From Candidatus Omnitrophota bacterium (GTDB lineage: Bacteria > Omnitrophota > Gorgyraeia > Gygaellales > Profunditerraquicolaceae), in the NCBI GenBank assembly GCA_017992455.1, contig JAGOOP010000002.1:80912-144911 (forward strand): 64,000 bases of DNA. Reading direction: 5' to 3'. The notes beneath the pieces are model-generated. The model was given only the letters and a program-made list of their open reading frames with translations, was not told where the DNA came from and made no database searches. Positions 1 to 9,509 of the stretch are shown one piece after another. Made by a program: the position numbers and the translations under genes. Numbering within the stretch: position 1 is the stretch's first letter; each line of letters begins with the position of its first letter.

Positions 1-783
1 GTCCTGCAAGCACTCATCGATGATCCGGCTGCGGTCCTGCGCCTTTCCCGAGGCGACATAAATGCTCCGTGTGGGCCTGCCCCAGCGCTCCTCGAATATC
101 CTGCGATTCTTGACAAACAGCGTTTCGCGCTCTCCGGAGTCAAAGGTCGCATGTTCAGCGTGCCAAACGTACGCGTCCCGGGCTATCGCGCAGGTAAATC
201 CCGACGCGATCGCCCGGCGGCAAAAATCCGTATCCTCGAAATAACCGTCCGCATAAATTTCGTCAAGGACCCCGACCGCGCGGATAACCTCCCGTTTGAT
301 CAACATGCAGAAACCGACGCAGCCGGCGCATTCGGTATACCGACCCCGCTCCCGCGCGAGCGACCGCGCCACGTCCTCCGGCGTCTGCCCCGCGTGCGGA
401 TACAAGCCGAACGTCGTGGACATCGGATTAACGATCCCGATATGAGGCTGCGACTCCATAAGGCCGCACATCCTGTCAAGCCAGCCGGCGGTCACGACCG
501 TATCGTTGCTTAAAAGGCACACGGCGTCCCGGCTCGAGCGCCGCAGGCCTTCATTGGCCGCGCACAGATACCCTTGATTCCTTTCCAGGCGCACGATCTC
601 GATGGCCGCTTCAGGATGGCTGCATGCGTAGCGGCCGAGGAACGCGCGCGTCTCCTCGCCGCTGCCGTTATCAACGACGATAATCCTGTCGTAGGGCCTG
701 AAATGCCGAACGACGCTCTCCAGGCAATTACGGGTAAGATCGATCTTATCGTAAACGGTCAGGACGATATCGCAGGAGATCAT
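1..783 (-). CDS. Family-2 glycosyltransferase (3' end runs off the left edge of the window)
   Basis: Absent from the ORF track because it has no in-window stop. My own translation from the ATG at 783 reads MISCDIVLTVYDKIDLTRNCLESVVRHFRPYDRIIVVDNGSGEETRAFL...RNQGYLCAANEGLR...GYFEDTDFC, which is the GT-A/GT2 N-terminal signature. There is an ATGA overlap with the upstream GT9 gene. Confidence 0.8.
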   Translation of the reverse strand, partial: MISCDIVLTVYDKIDLTRNCLESVVRHFRPYDRIIVVDNGSGEETRAFLGRYACSHPEAAIEIVRLERNQGYLCAANEGLRRSSRDAVCLLSNDTVVTAGWLDRMCGLMESQPHIGIVNPMSTTFGLYPHAGQTPEDVARSLARERGRYTECAGCVGFCMLIKREVIRAVGVLDEIYADGYFEDTDFCRRAIASGFTCAIARDAYVWHAEHATFDSGERETLFVKNRRIFEERWGRPTRSIYVASGKAQDRSRIIDECLQD

Positions 784-1880
784 AATACCCCGTCCCCCCT
801 GAAAAGACCATCGACAGCGCGCATTACTTCATCCACTGTTATATCCAGAAGGCACTTCTTATCCAGCAGGCATTGCTGAAGCCTGAAGCCTCTGTAACAC
901 GGCCGGCACGGCATATCTTTCTTTAAAACCGCCGTGCGGCCTTTTTCGGGCGGATACGGGCCGTAAACCCGGTCGTCGACAGGGCCGAACAGCGCGACAA
1001 TCTTCTTTTTCAAGCCGTCTGCAAAACGCAAGGGGCCCGTATCATTGCCGATAAACAGCTCAGACCGGTCTACGAGGGCGACCATCTGGGGCAGTGTCGC
1101 ACTGCTGAATTCGAAAACATTCGACTTTGCGCGCACCCCATCGACAATACCCATGATTTCTTCTTTCTCCTTCGGCCCGGCGAACAAAAAAATAACGGCG
1201 TTATATTTTTCGACCAACCGGTCGATGACCGCGCTGAAGCACTCCGCGGGCCAGCGTTTGATATAGGCATCTTTGCCGAAAGCGTCGCCTCCCAAAGGCG
1301 CAATGCCGATGACCAAACGGTCTTCCCCTATCCCTCGCTGCTTGAAAAGATCAGTGGCCCACGCCCTGCTCGAGGGATCGACACGTACCTCAAGCCGTCT
1401 GTCAGCAACAGGTAGATCGACCAGTTGCAATAGATCGAGATAATATTCGGCCACATGCTTGTCCGTATATCCCGCGATGGACAGCCGCCGATTCAGGAAC
1501 AAACACCGGTTCCTGTAATCCAATCCCACCCGCCGCCTGATACCGGCCCACCAGGCAAAAAAACCGTACTGTGTATTCAGGGACAGATCAAAAGCGATAT
1601 CTATGCGCGCGGCCCGGATCGCGCGTATAAACGAACCCATCTTCGCCCACCATCGGATGAAGGACGATCTTTGAGCAGCGAGAAACTCGTCCCGCTCGTA
1701 GACAAAGACATCCGTTATCAACGGATCCGCGCGCATGACGGGCGCGGTCTTCTGGTTGCACAGATAATATATGCGCGCATCCGGCAGGCTTGCGTGCAGG
1801 GAACGCATGAGCGCCGTCGAAAAGATCACGTCCCCGATGCCGAACGGATTGATAATGAGGACCGCGTTTATTTTTGACAT
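780..1880 (-). CDS. Family-9 glycosyltransferase (ADP-heptose:LPS heptosyltransferase-like)
   Basis: 366 aa. N-terminus ILIINPFGIGDVIFSTALMRSL and C-terminal FIGNDTGPLRFA...KIVALFGP are typical GT9 blocks. ATG at 1880. Confidence 0.85.
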   Translation of the reverse strand: MSKINAVLIINPFGIGDVIFSTALMRSLHASLPDARIYYLCNQKTAPVMRADPLITDVFVYERDEFLAAQRSSFIRWWAKMGSFIRAIRAARIDIAFDLSLNTQYGFFAWWAGIRRRVGLDYRNRCLFLNRRLSIAGYTDKHVAEYYLDLLQLVDLPVADRRLEVRVDPSSRAWATDLFKQRGIGEDRLVIGIAPLGGDAFGKDAYIKRWPAECFSAVIDRLVEKYNAVIFLFAGPKEKEEIMGIVDGVRAKSNVFEFSSATLPQMVALVDRSELFIGNDTGPLRFADGLKKKIVALFGPVDDRVYGPYPPEKGRTAVLKKDMPCRPCYRGFRLQQCLLDKKCLLDITVDEVMRAVDGLFRGDGVL

Positions 1881-2374
1881 GTGCCCTTCGAACCGCCGCG
1901 CATGCGCGCATCCTTGACCGTTTTCTCAAAGAGCTCATCGATCTTATCGATATAATCATTGCGCTGCTGGTTTGCCAGATCAATGCGGCGTTTGATCCCG
2001 CCGATATACGACAGCGGGACATCTTTTCTCCTGGCCTCGTCTTCAAGATGCCAGAGTTCGAGGTTTTTCTGTGAAAGCCCCGCTATCGCCTCGCCGACCG
2101 CTTTGACGGGAAGTATACGGCCGATATCCGCGCGGGCGTTATAAAGCTTGAGTTTTTCATCCCGTATCTGTATTTTGCCCGATGCCGCCCTGGCGACAAA
2201 CAGATCGATCTCGCGCGTCAGAAGCCGCTTCTGATCATCAAGGATCCGCAGCTTCTCAAGAAGCTCGGCACGGGTGAATTTGCAGGCCTTGTCTGACTGC
2301 ATCTGCTCAATATGGAACCTGCGAATGTTCTTAATGGTCAATTTATCGACCAGACTTCCCAGTGTTTCAGCCAT
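1868..2374 (-). CDS. DUF4254-family protein (commonly found next to heptosyltransferases)
   Basis: I trimmed the 252-aa track ORF to the internal ATG at 2374 (MAETLGSLVDKLTIKNIR...). This start has AGGAGG 7-8 nt upstream and sits just after the stop of the upstream gene at 2380. It carries the LELWHLEDEARR motif characteristic of DUF4254. Confidence 0.7.
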   Translation of the reverse strand: MAETLGSLVDKLTIKNIRRFHIEQMQSDKACKFTRAELLEKLRILDDQKRLLTREIDLFVARAASGKIQIRDEKLKLYNARADIGRILPVKAVGEAIAGLSQKNLELWHLEDEARRKDVPLSYIGGIKRRIDLANQQRNDYIDKIDELFEKTVKDARMRGGSKGTCQK

Positions 2375-2379
2375 GTCGT

Positions 2380-3615
2380 TCACGCCTCCTTGGCAGCGGT
2401 ATCGTTGACAGGATATTCCGTTGAAAGCAGGTCGGCACTGATGCCCAGCAAAAACCAGAACAGGACCGCGGCCTGGACGCCGACCGTAATAAAAGAACCT
2501 GACAGGCATAAAAGTATGACGGCGAAGATGGCTATCGCCAGTCCCGCCGTAATGCCCGGGTTGACACCGATGCGGCGGCGCAAACGGCGGTACGCGATAA
2601 CGCAAAAAGTCACAAAGATCGCACAAAACGGCACTAAACCGAGCGAGCCCATTTCAGCGGCGACCTCAAGATAATTGTTATGCGCATGGCTGTGGATATA
2701 GGACTGGAACTCTTCGTAACCCTTGGGAGGTGTATAGAGAAATTCGAACATCCCCAGGCCAGCGCCCTTGACCGGATGCGCTTTATAGATGGATACGGCG
2801 GTCTCCATAAGGTTTACGCGGTCGCCGAGCGATGTCTCGGTCAAGCAATCCATCGCAAGCCTGACGCGGGGTAATATATATGCCGGCGCGCTCAGCAGGC
2901 TGAGGACGACAACGACGGCGCCGAGGGACAATCCGATCCGGTAGGACCTCGAAGTATAAAAGAAAACGAAGCTCGCGGCAAACGTAAAGAAAATCGCTAT
3001 CCAAACACCACGGGAGCCGTGCCAGATGAAAACAGGCAATAAAAGGGCGGCATTGACAAGACCGAAGATCCTGAACCAGCGGTGACGCTCAAAAAAAAGA
3101 ACGATATAGCTGAACGGCAGTACGAACGGCAGGAACGCGGACATATAGATGCCTTTGCCGAAAACGGTAAAGAGGCGGTACGGCCGGAATCGTATAAAAT
3201 CAGCGACCGCACCTGCCCCGATAAAAAAACCCATCGCCAGGAGCGCGTTCGCTATCGGGTAAAGACGCGTCGTCGATCCGCCGCAGAGCGTAAAACCGAT
3301 CGCGTAGAACAGCAAATAAATCGAATACCTCTGAAACAGGATCTGCTGGCTATGATAGGGATTCGAACTGAAGATGGTCGAAATAACGGCTGCAGTGAAG
3401 AACAGCAGCACCATGACGCTGACCCTTGATCGCAGCAGATTCAGGGAAACCCCTCCGAACGCGACCATCGTGATCCACAGGCCGATGGCGCTGAACTGGG
3501 CCGTTTTCGAGAGCATTTTGGAAAACGGCGAAACGACGACAAAGAAACAGAGCGCTGCCAGGAGGGCTTTCCCGAGGACGTTCGATGTAAGGCTCCTAAG
3601 ATCTTTTTTTATCAT
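2380..3615 (-). CDS. O-antigen ligase / Wzy_C-domain polytopic membrane protein
   Basis: 411 aa and about 10-12 hydrophobic spans. It has an extended loop with HSHAHNNYLEVAAEMGSLGLV, typical of the O-antigen ligase (PF04932) family. Confidence 0.75.
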   Translation of the reverse strand: MIKKDLRSLTSNVLGKALLAALCFFVVVSPFSKMLSKTAQFSAIGLWITMVAFGGVSLNLLRSRVSVMVLLFFTAAVISTIFSSNPYHSQQILFQRYSIYLLFYAIGFTLCGGSTTRLYPIANALLAMGFFIGAGAVADFIRFRPYRLFTVFGKGIYMSAFLPFVLPFSYIVLFFERHRWFRIFGLVNAALLLPVFIWHGSRGVWIAIFFTFAASFVFFYTSRSYRIGLSLGAVVVVLSLLSAPAYILPRVRLAMDCLTETSLGDRVNLMETAVSIYKAHPVKGAGLGMFEFLYTPPKGYEEFQSYIHSHAHNNYLEVAAEMGSLGLVPFCAIFVTFCVIAYRRLRRRIGVNPGITAGLAIAIFAVILLCLSGSFITVGVQAAVLFWFLLGISADLLSTEYPVNDTAAKEA

Positions 3616-5449
3616 AAGGTATGTAGGTAGGGACGAGTTCCCGGATCTTTTTTATCAGCATTCTCTCGTTCATCAGATTCGCCCACGTCTCAAGCTGTTT
3701 GACGCGCACCCGCAGCTTCTTCAAATCGAGGTCATCGGGCTGGACGATATGGATCTTATCATGCTGCGTGGTTTTGCCGAGCTCGACATCGAGGAACATC
3801 TCCTCCTCCAGCTTTTCTCCAGGCCTCAATCCGATGAATTTGATCGGAATGTCCTTTTCGGGGATCAAACCGGACAGGATGATAAGGTTCTTTGCCAGAT
3901 CCGCGATCCTGATCTGCTCTCCCATGTCGAGGATGAATATCTCTCCATTTTTCCCGAACGCACCCGCCTGCAGAACCAGTTCGGCAGCTTCCTGTCCGGT
4001 CATAAAATACCTCTTTGCCTCAGGGTGGGTGACCGTCACCGGCATGCCCTGCTCTATCTGGCGCTTAAAAAGAGGGATGACGCTTCCGTCCGAACCGAGG
4101 ACATTGCCGAATCGGACGGCGATAAAGCGCGTCGCGCTCTTGCGCGCTTTTGCCTGCAGGATCATCTCGGCGATCCGCTTCGACGCCCCCATGATGCTCG
4201 TCGGATTGACCGCTTTATCGGTCGAAATCAGGACGAACCGTTCTGCCCGGTAATGAGACGCGGCATAAATCAGGTTTCTGGTACCGATAATATTGTTCTT
4301 GACGGCTGCCCCAACGTTGCATTCCATGAGCGGCACATGTTTGTGCGCGGCTGCATGAAAAATGACCTGCGGACGGTACGTCGAGAAAACGTTTTTTAAC
4401 AGGCCTATCTCTTTGATGTCGCCGATGACGACCCTGATGTCGATTTCGGGATACCTGGATCTGAATTCCGCATCAAGGAAATACACGTTATTCTCGTTAT
4501 GATCGAAGAGGATGATCTGGCGGGGCATATAGGCGCAGATCTGGCGGCACAGAGCCGACCCGATCGACCCGCCTGCGCCGGTGACAAGCACCTTCTTCGC
4601 GCGAATATAGGACCGTATTCCCTCTTGGTCGACCTCCACGGTCTGACGGCCGAGAAGGTCCTCAGGATTGACTTCGCGCGGCTTGAGTTCAAGGTCGCCG
4701 TTGAGGATCTTCTGGAAACCCGGGATCATTTTAAGTTTGACATTCGGGATACGGCAATGGGTAAGAATATCGCGGATGACCTGCCCCCGGGCAGACGGGA
4801 TGGCGAATAAGATCTCGTCTACCGACAGCATTCCCACGACGGCCGGTATATCGAGCCGGTTGCCGAGGACCTTGACGCCATGTATCGTCGAATCGCGCTT
4901 GGCCGGATCGTCGTCAATAAAGCCGACGACGTTAAAGCCGAGACCGGGGTCCCGCCGGGCCTCTTTCAGCACCATGATCCCCGCCTGACCTGCGCCGATG
5001 ATCAGCACGCGGCGCTGTTTCAACGGGATCGACGGCCTCAGGTGTTCACGCAGGATACGGGTGACGATCCGTATGCCGCAGACGAGGATCGTACAAATGC
5101 TCCAGTCGAGCACGAAAATGGACCGGGGAAAGCCCTGCGCGCCGAATAAAAAAATGACACTCACGAGCAGCGCCAGCGACGCTATCGTATTGGCCTTGAG
5201 TATCTGCAGTACATCGCTGAGGCTTACGTACCTCCACAGGCCCAGGAATATGCCCGCTGTGTAAAAAAGAACGAATTTGATGACAAGAACCAGGGGAAGG
5301 GTCGTGCCTATGAGGCCGTAATATTGGTCCGGAATGGAAAACTCAAACCGCAGGTAATAGGCGAGCAGGTACGACGCGGCGATGATCACGATATGCGTGA
5401 CGATGATCAGCGTCCTGCGGTATTTATTAACAAGCTTCTTCAGGTTCAT
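3596..5449 (-). CDS. Membrane-anchored UDP-HexNAc 4,6-dehydratase (CapD/PglF/WbpM family)
   Basis: 617 aa. Four N-terminal TM segments are followed by two Rossmann regions (RVLIIGAGQAG; VLVTGAGGSIGSALCRQI) and then STDKAVNPTSIMGASKR. Confidence 0.9.
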   Translation of the reverse strand: MNLKKLVNKYRRTLIIVTHIVIIAASYLLAYYLRFEFSIPDQYYGLIGTTLPLVLVIKFVLFYTAGIFLGLWRYVSLSDVLQILKANTIASLALLVSVIFLFGAQGFPRSIFVLDWSICTILVCGIRIVTRILREHLRPSIPLKQRRVLIIGAGQAGIMVLKEARRDPGLGFNVVGFIDDDPAKRDSTIHGVKVLGNRLDIPAVVGMLSVDEILFAIPSARGQVIRDILTHCRIPNVKLKMIPGFQKILNGDLELKPREVNPEDLLGRQTVEVDQEGIRSYIRAKKVLVTGAGGSIGSALCRQICAYMPRQIILFDHNENNVYFLDAEFRSRYPEIDIRVVIGDIKEIGLLKNVFSTYRPQVIFHAAAHKHVPLMECNVGAAVKNNIIGTRNLIYAASHYRAERFVLISTDKAVNPTSIMGASKRIAEMILQAKARKSATRFIAVRFGNVLGSDGSVIPLFKRQIEQGMPVTVTHPEAKRYFMTGQEAAELVLQAGAFGKNGEIFILDMGEQIRIADLAKNLIILSGLIPEKDIPIKFIGLRPGEKLEEEMFLDVELGKTTQHDKIHIVQPDDLDLKKLRVRVKQLETWANLMNERMLIKKIRELVPTYIPYDKKRS

Positions 5450-6267
5450 ATCGGTTTGTCAGCCTTCACGAAAACCACCTTGTGCGTGGCGTCGGTTCTG
5501 TCGCACGGAATAGCCCGCGGTTCGGCGTACGGAACGCTTTCTCGCGAGATATCCTCGGGCATGGCGACCAGAGGCCCCATAAACACCCTCTTGAGAAACT
5601 CTTTTCCTTTCATCGTCCTGGGCATGACACGCATGCGTATCGCCGCCCTTTTCAGCCGGGAACAGGCCCTGCTTTTCAGCGACGGAGCCGGAACCGGGCA
5701 ATCTCCGAATACGCATACGCCCCGGAATCCTGCCGACCGCACCAGGAAGCAGAGTTCGGATGCGGAAAAATAACGGTAGCTGAACGGACTCGGGTTGAAA
5801 TCAGGGATTTCACGGTTTGCCGTGCACATAAGCAGCGTCCCGTTCGCGCGTAATACGCGCTTCGCCTCGGCGATGAACACCGCAGGCTCTTTGAGATAAT
5901 ACAATGCCTCGAATAACACCACCGTATCAAAGCTGGCGTCCTTATACGGTATCTCGTGCGCGTTTCCGTTCACCAGCATGATATTGCCGCGCCCCCCGTA
6001 TGTCCGCTGCGCGATCCGCAGCAAACCCATATCGATATCAAGGCCGCAGACCAGGCTCGCGTGCTTGGCAAAACATCCGAGCCCCTGTCCGGACCCGCAG
6101 GCTACTTCAAGGACCGGCCCGCCGCGCGCCAGTTCAGCAGCAAACCGGTAACGGGTATACATTCGCGCGATCTGCTCGCCGGACACCTTGGTACCGCTGA
6201 CTTCAGTGACCGACGCATAGTCTGTGTTATGCAATGTGTCTGATTTTTGAAAAGCCCGCGGCAACAT
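5446..6267 (-). CDS. Class-I SAM-dependent methyltransferase
   Basis: Motif I VLEVACGSGQGLG, then VVLFEALYYL. The start is ambiguous. The track ORF begins at a GTG at 6369 inside the upstream gene. I chose the ATG at 6267, which gives a 41-nt overlap; a TTG at 6234 is also possible. Confidence 0.75.
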   Translation of the reverse strand: MLPRAFQKSDTLHNTDYASVTEVSGTKVSGEQIARMYTRYRFAAELARGGPVLEVACGSGQGLGCFAKHASLVCGLDIDMGLLRIAQRTYGGRGNIMLVNGNAHEIPYKDASFDTVVLFEALYYLKEPAVFIAEAKRVLRANGTLLMCTANREIPDFNPSPFSYRYFSASELCFLVRSAGFRGVCVFGDCPVPAPSLKSRACSRLKRAAIRMRVMPRTMKGKEFLKRVFMGPLVAMPEDISRESVPYAEPRAIPCDRTDATHKVVFVKADKPI

Positions 6268-7405
6268 GGTCAAGGGTCTCTTTACTCTTGCAGAAACAAA
6301 ACCGGACTTTGTTCCTGCCTGCTTTTTTATCCGTCGCATAAAATGAGGAACCCGGCACAGTCGCAACACCTGTTGCCCGGATCAACTTCCTGCTGAATGA
6401 AACGTCGTTTAACGCCCTCAGGCGCCTCATGACGGCGTCGCATCCCGCCATGATGTAATAAGCTCCCCGGGGCATGATCGGGTAAAAACCGGTTTCCTGA
6501 AGCATGGCATAAAGCCGCGCCCGGGATTCGGCATACCGTTGTCTGAGAGCAGCGTAATATTCATCCGGAAGACGCAAGGCGCAGGCAGCGGCGTGCTGGA
6601 GCGGCGTCGGCGCTCCCACCGTAAGGAAATCGTGTACCTTCCTGATCCGTTTTGTGATCCGGGCGGGAGCTATTGCCCATCCCACCCTCCACCCTGTCAC
6701 CGAGTAGGTCTTGGATATGGAGTTGATGGTGACGGTCCGGCTCCTCATGCCCGGCAATGACGCGATGGAAACATGGCCGGCTCCGTCGTACACGATATGC
6801 TCGTATATCTCGTCGGTCACGGCGTAACAGTCATGCCGCACGCATAATCCGGCGATCTCAGAAAGCTCATCCCGGCTGAAAACCTTTCCCGTCGGGTTGT
6901 TCGGGGTATTGATGATGATCGCTTTGGTCTTGCCGGTAAAAGAACGGCGCAATTGCGCAGGGTCGTAACGCCAGTCGGGAGCGTGAAGCGTCACATACCG
7001 CGGCCTGGCACCGGACAGGATCGCGTCAGGCCCGTAATTCTCGTAAAACGGCTCAAAAACAATGACCTCATCCCCGGGGTTGATGATCGCCTTAAGCGTC
7101 GCGATCATTGCCTCAGTGGCTCCGCAGGTGACCGTGATATCTGACCCGGGATCGCACTCGATCCGATTGAACCGGGCCGCTTTCAAAGCTATGGCTTCCC
7201 GAAGCTCCGGCTCGCCGAATGTCACCGGATACTGGTTATGGTCTGCCAGGATCGCGCGCACCGCCGCTTCTTTGATGCGCTTATCCGCAGCAAAATCGGG
7301 AAAACCCTGCGACAGATTATAACCACCGGCGGCATCGCAGATCCGCGTCATCTCCCGGATAACGGATTCAGTGAAACGTTCGGTAACAGAGGAAAGTTTT
7401 TTCAT
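6227..7405 (-). CDS. PLP aminotransferase, class I/II (aspartate/kynurenine aminotransferase-like)
   Basis: 392 aa. Contains NLSQGFPDF, IIINTPNNPTGKVF and SISKTYSVTGWRVGW (PLP-lysine block). Confidence 0.85.
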   Translation of the reverse strand: MKKLSSVTERFTESVIREMTRICDAAGGYNLSQGFPDFAADKRIKEAAVRAILADHNQYPVTFGEPELREAIALKAARFNRIECDPGSDITVTCGATEAMIATLKAIINPGDEVIVFEPFYENYGPDAILSGARPRYVTLHAPDWRYDPAQLRRSFTGKTKAIIINTPNNPTGKVFSRDELSEIAGLCVRHDCYAVTDEIYEHIVYDGAGHVSIASLPGMRSRTVTINSISKTYSVTGWRVGWAIAPARITKRIRKVHDFLTVGAPTPLQHAAACALRLPDEYYAALRQRYAESRARLYAMLQETGFYPIMPRGAYYIMAGCDAVMRRLRALNDVSFSRKLIRATGVATVPGSSFYATDKKAGRNKVRFCFCKSKETLDHVAAGFSKIRHIA

Positions 7406-8517
7406 CGTCCCTTTTTGTAAAATTTCCTCACCGTTGAGATAACATAGTCGACTTCCGCGTCGGTCAACTCCGTATTCATGGGCAAAGAACAGACCTCTCT
7501 GCTGATGGCTTCCGTCTCGGGAAAACCCCTGTCCGCCAGCTTCAGGCCCGGATGTTTGTAATAGGGTTTGCGGAACTGGGTCAGGACCTCAACGCCGTTC
7601 GCCTTGAGAAAGTCGGAAAACTCGCTTCCACGGTCCGAGCGAACCGTATAATTCTGATACACGTGATCAAAGCCCTTCCTGTCGTAATGCGGCAGAACCA
7701 GGCCTTTAAGATCAGACAACGACTCCCGGTAACGCTGCGCGATCTTCTTTCGTTTCAGGATCCACGCCGGAAGATGCCTGAGTTTGACATCCAGAAAAGC
7801 CGCCTGGAGATTATCAAGAAGGCACGTGAACCCATGGCCGTGATATTCGCCCGTATCCCGGTCCTCGCCGTTATAGCGCATTCGGGTCGCGAATAAAGCT
7901 ACGTCAGGATCGTTCGTGGTGATCGCGCCTCCGTCGCCGTAACCGCCCAGGATCTTAAAAGGATAGAAGCTCCAGCACCCGGCATGCCCCCAGGAGCCTG
8001 CGCGCCTGGAGTCGATGCTCGATCCCAGGCTCTGGCACGCGTCCTCGATGACCTTGAGATCGTGCTTCTGCGCGATCTTCATGATCTTGGGCATATCGGC
8101 CATATATCCGCTTAAATGCACCGGGATAATGGCCTTTGTCCGCTCTGTGACAGCTTCTTCGATCCTGTTAACGTCAATATTGAAATCCCCGGACACATCC
8201 ACGAGCACGGGGACGGCTCCCGCATTGACCACAGCCGAACACGTCGCGACGAACGTGTGTGCCGGAACGATGACCTCGTCGCCCGGGCCTATCCCAAGTG
8301 CCCGGAGCGACATATGAAGGGCGTCATACCCGCTGTTCAAACCGACGGCATATTTTGTTCCGACGAAACGGGCAAGATGGGACTCGAACGACTTCAATTG
8401 TCCCCGGTCGATCAAATCTCCTTTGGACATGACATCGCGGTATGCGGCATCGATTTCCTTTCTGATCGACCGGTAATTTGCGGCTGGATCCACAAACCGC
8501 ACCCTGTATGTTTTCAT
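7402..8517 (-). CDS. DegT/DnrJ/EryC1/StrS-family sugar aminotransferase
   Basis: 371 aa. Contains LNSGYDALHMSLRALGIGPGDEVIVPAHTF and SFYPFKILGGYGDGGAITTND. ATGA overlaps on both sides. Confidence 0.9.
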   Translation of the reverse strand: MKTYRVRFVDPAANYRSIRKEIDAAYRDVMSKGDLIDRGQLKSFESHLARFVGTKYAVGLNSGYDALHMSLRALGIGPGDEVIVPAHTFVATCSAVVNAGAVPVLVDVSGDFNIDVNRIEEAVTERTKAIIPVHLSGYMADMPKIMKIAQKHDLKVIEDACQSLGSSIDSRRAGSWGHAGCWSFYPFKILGGYGDGGAITTNDPDVALFATRMRYNGEDRDTGEYHGHGFTCLLDNLQAAFLDVKLRHLPAWILKRKKIAQRYRESLSDLKGLVLPHYDRKGFDHVYQNYTVRSDRGSEFSDFLKANGVEVLTQFRKPYYKHPGLKLADRGFPETEAISREVCSLPMNTELTDAEVDYVISTVRKFYKKGR

Positions 8518-9509
8518 CGAATTCCTTTCCGCACCATCTGTTTCGCCTTCCGTACAATATGATCAGCGGCCGGGAAATAGACCTTTTCAAGAGTCCTGCT
8601 CGCCGGCGCAGGAACGTCCGGCAAAGCGATACGCCGGATGCCCGACACGAGCCCGCCGGGCAGGCGCTCAGAAACGCATGCCGAGATCTCTGCCGATACC
8701 CCGCAGGTCATCCAGCCGTTATCCACGACAAGAAGCCGCCGGGTCTTGCGTACCGAACGAACGACCGTCCGTATGTCCAGCGGCTTGACGCTTCGCAGAT
8801 CGATGACTTCCGCGGCGATCCCGTCTTCTTTCAGCATATCCGCAGCCGCCATCGCCTCCCCCACCATGAATGACAGGGCCGTGATCGTTATATCCCTGCC
8901 CGTCTTCTTCACCGCTGCGGCGCCGATCGGCACGCGGTACACTCCTGCAGGGATAAAACAAGAGGTATTATACAACCATCTGTCGTCAATGTAAACAACT
9001 GGATTATTATCCTCGATCGCCGATATCAGCAGCCCTTTTGCGTCATAGGCGTTCGAAGGCATGACGACCTTGAGCCCGGGGATATGCGCGAAGAGAGCGT
9101 GAAGCGCCTGGGAATGCTGCGCCGCCTGCTCTCCCCCCCTGTTCACGATAAGCCAGAAAACGACAGGCACGGGAGCGTTCCCGGCGAACATATAGTTCCA
9201 GTTCGCCGCCTCGTTAATGACCGGGTCCAGGCCGTACATGAGGAAATCCGTCCTCGGGTGCACGACAACCGGCCGCATGCCCGCGATAGCCGCTCCGACT
9301 GCGCTGCCGGTCACCGCATTCTCCGATACGGGAGTATCGATGACGCGGAGCGCGCCGTACCTGCTCAAAAGACCCTGCGTCGTATTCCCCACATACCAGG
9401 GGCTCTTCACACCCTGCCCGATGAGAAATACGTTCTCATCGCGTGCCATCATCAGGTCAAGGGCCTCATTGATGGCAAGGCTGAACGGCAGAATCCGGTC
9501 ATTCATCAT
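8514..9509 (-). CDS. ThDP-dependent 2-oxoacid dehydrogenase E1 component, beta subunit-like (transketolase C-terminal fold)
   Basis: 331 aa. Contains VFLIGQGV, RVIDTPVSENAVTGSAVGAAIAGMRPVV and EVIDLRSVKPLD. Confidence 0.85.
   Translation of the reverse strand: MMNDRILPFSLAINEALDLMMARDENVFLIGQGVKSPWYVGNTTQGLLSRYGALRVIDTPVSENAVTGSAVGAAIAGMRPVVVHPRTDFLMYGLDPVINEAANWNYMFAGNAPVPVVFWLIVNRGGEQAAQHSQALHALFAHIPGLKVVMPSNAYDAKGLLISAIEDNNPVVYIDDRWLYNTSCFIPAGVYRVPIGAAAVKKTGRDITITALSFMVGEAMAAADMLKEDGIAAEVIDLRSVKPLDIRTVVRSVRKTRRLLVVDNGWMTCGVSAEISACVSERLPGGLVSGIRRIALPDVPAPASRTLEKVYFPAADHIVRKAKQMVRKGIR

Noticed and set aside
3374-4399. 341-aa plus-strand ORF; similar plus-strand ORFs at 30386-31201, 45089-45973, 47829-48581, 58486-59373, 61838-62740 and 63219-63992
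   Set aside because: All of these are antisense to well-supported minus-strand genes (CapD/PglF, DegT, PIG-L/pseC, rSAM, ugd, tyrS, rpsA). None has a recognisable domain or ribosome-binding context.
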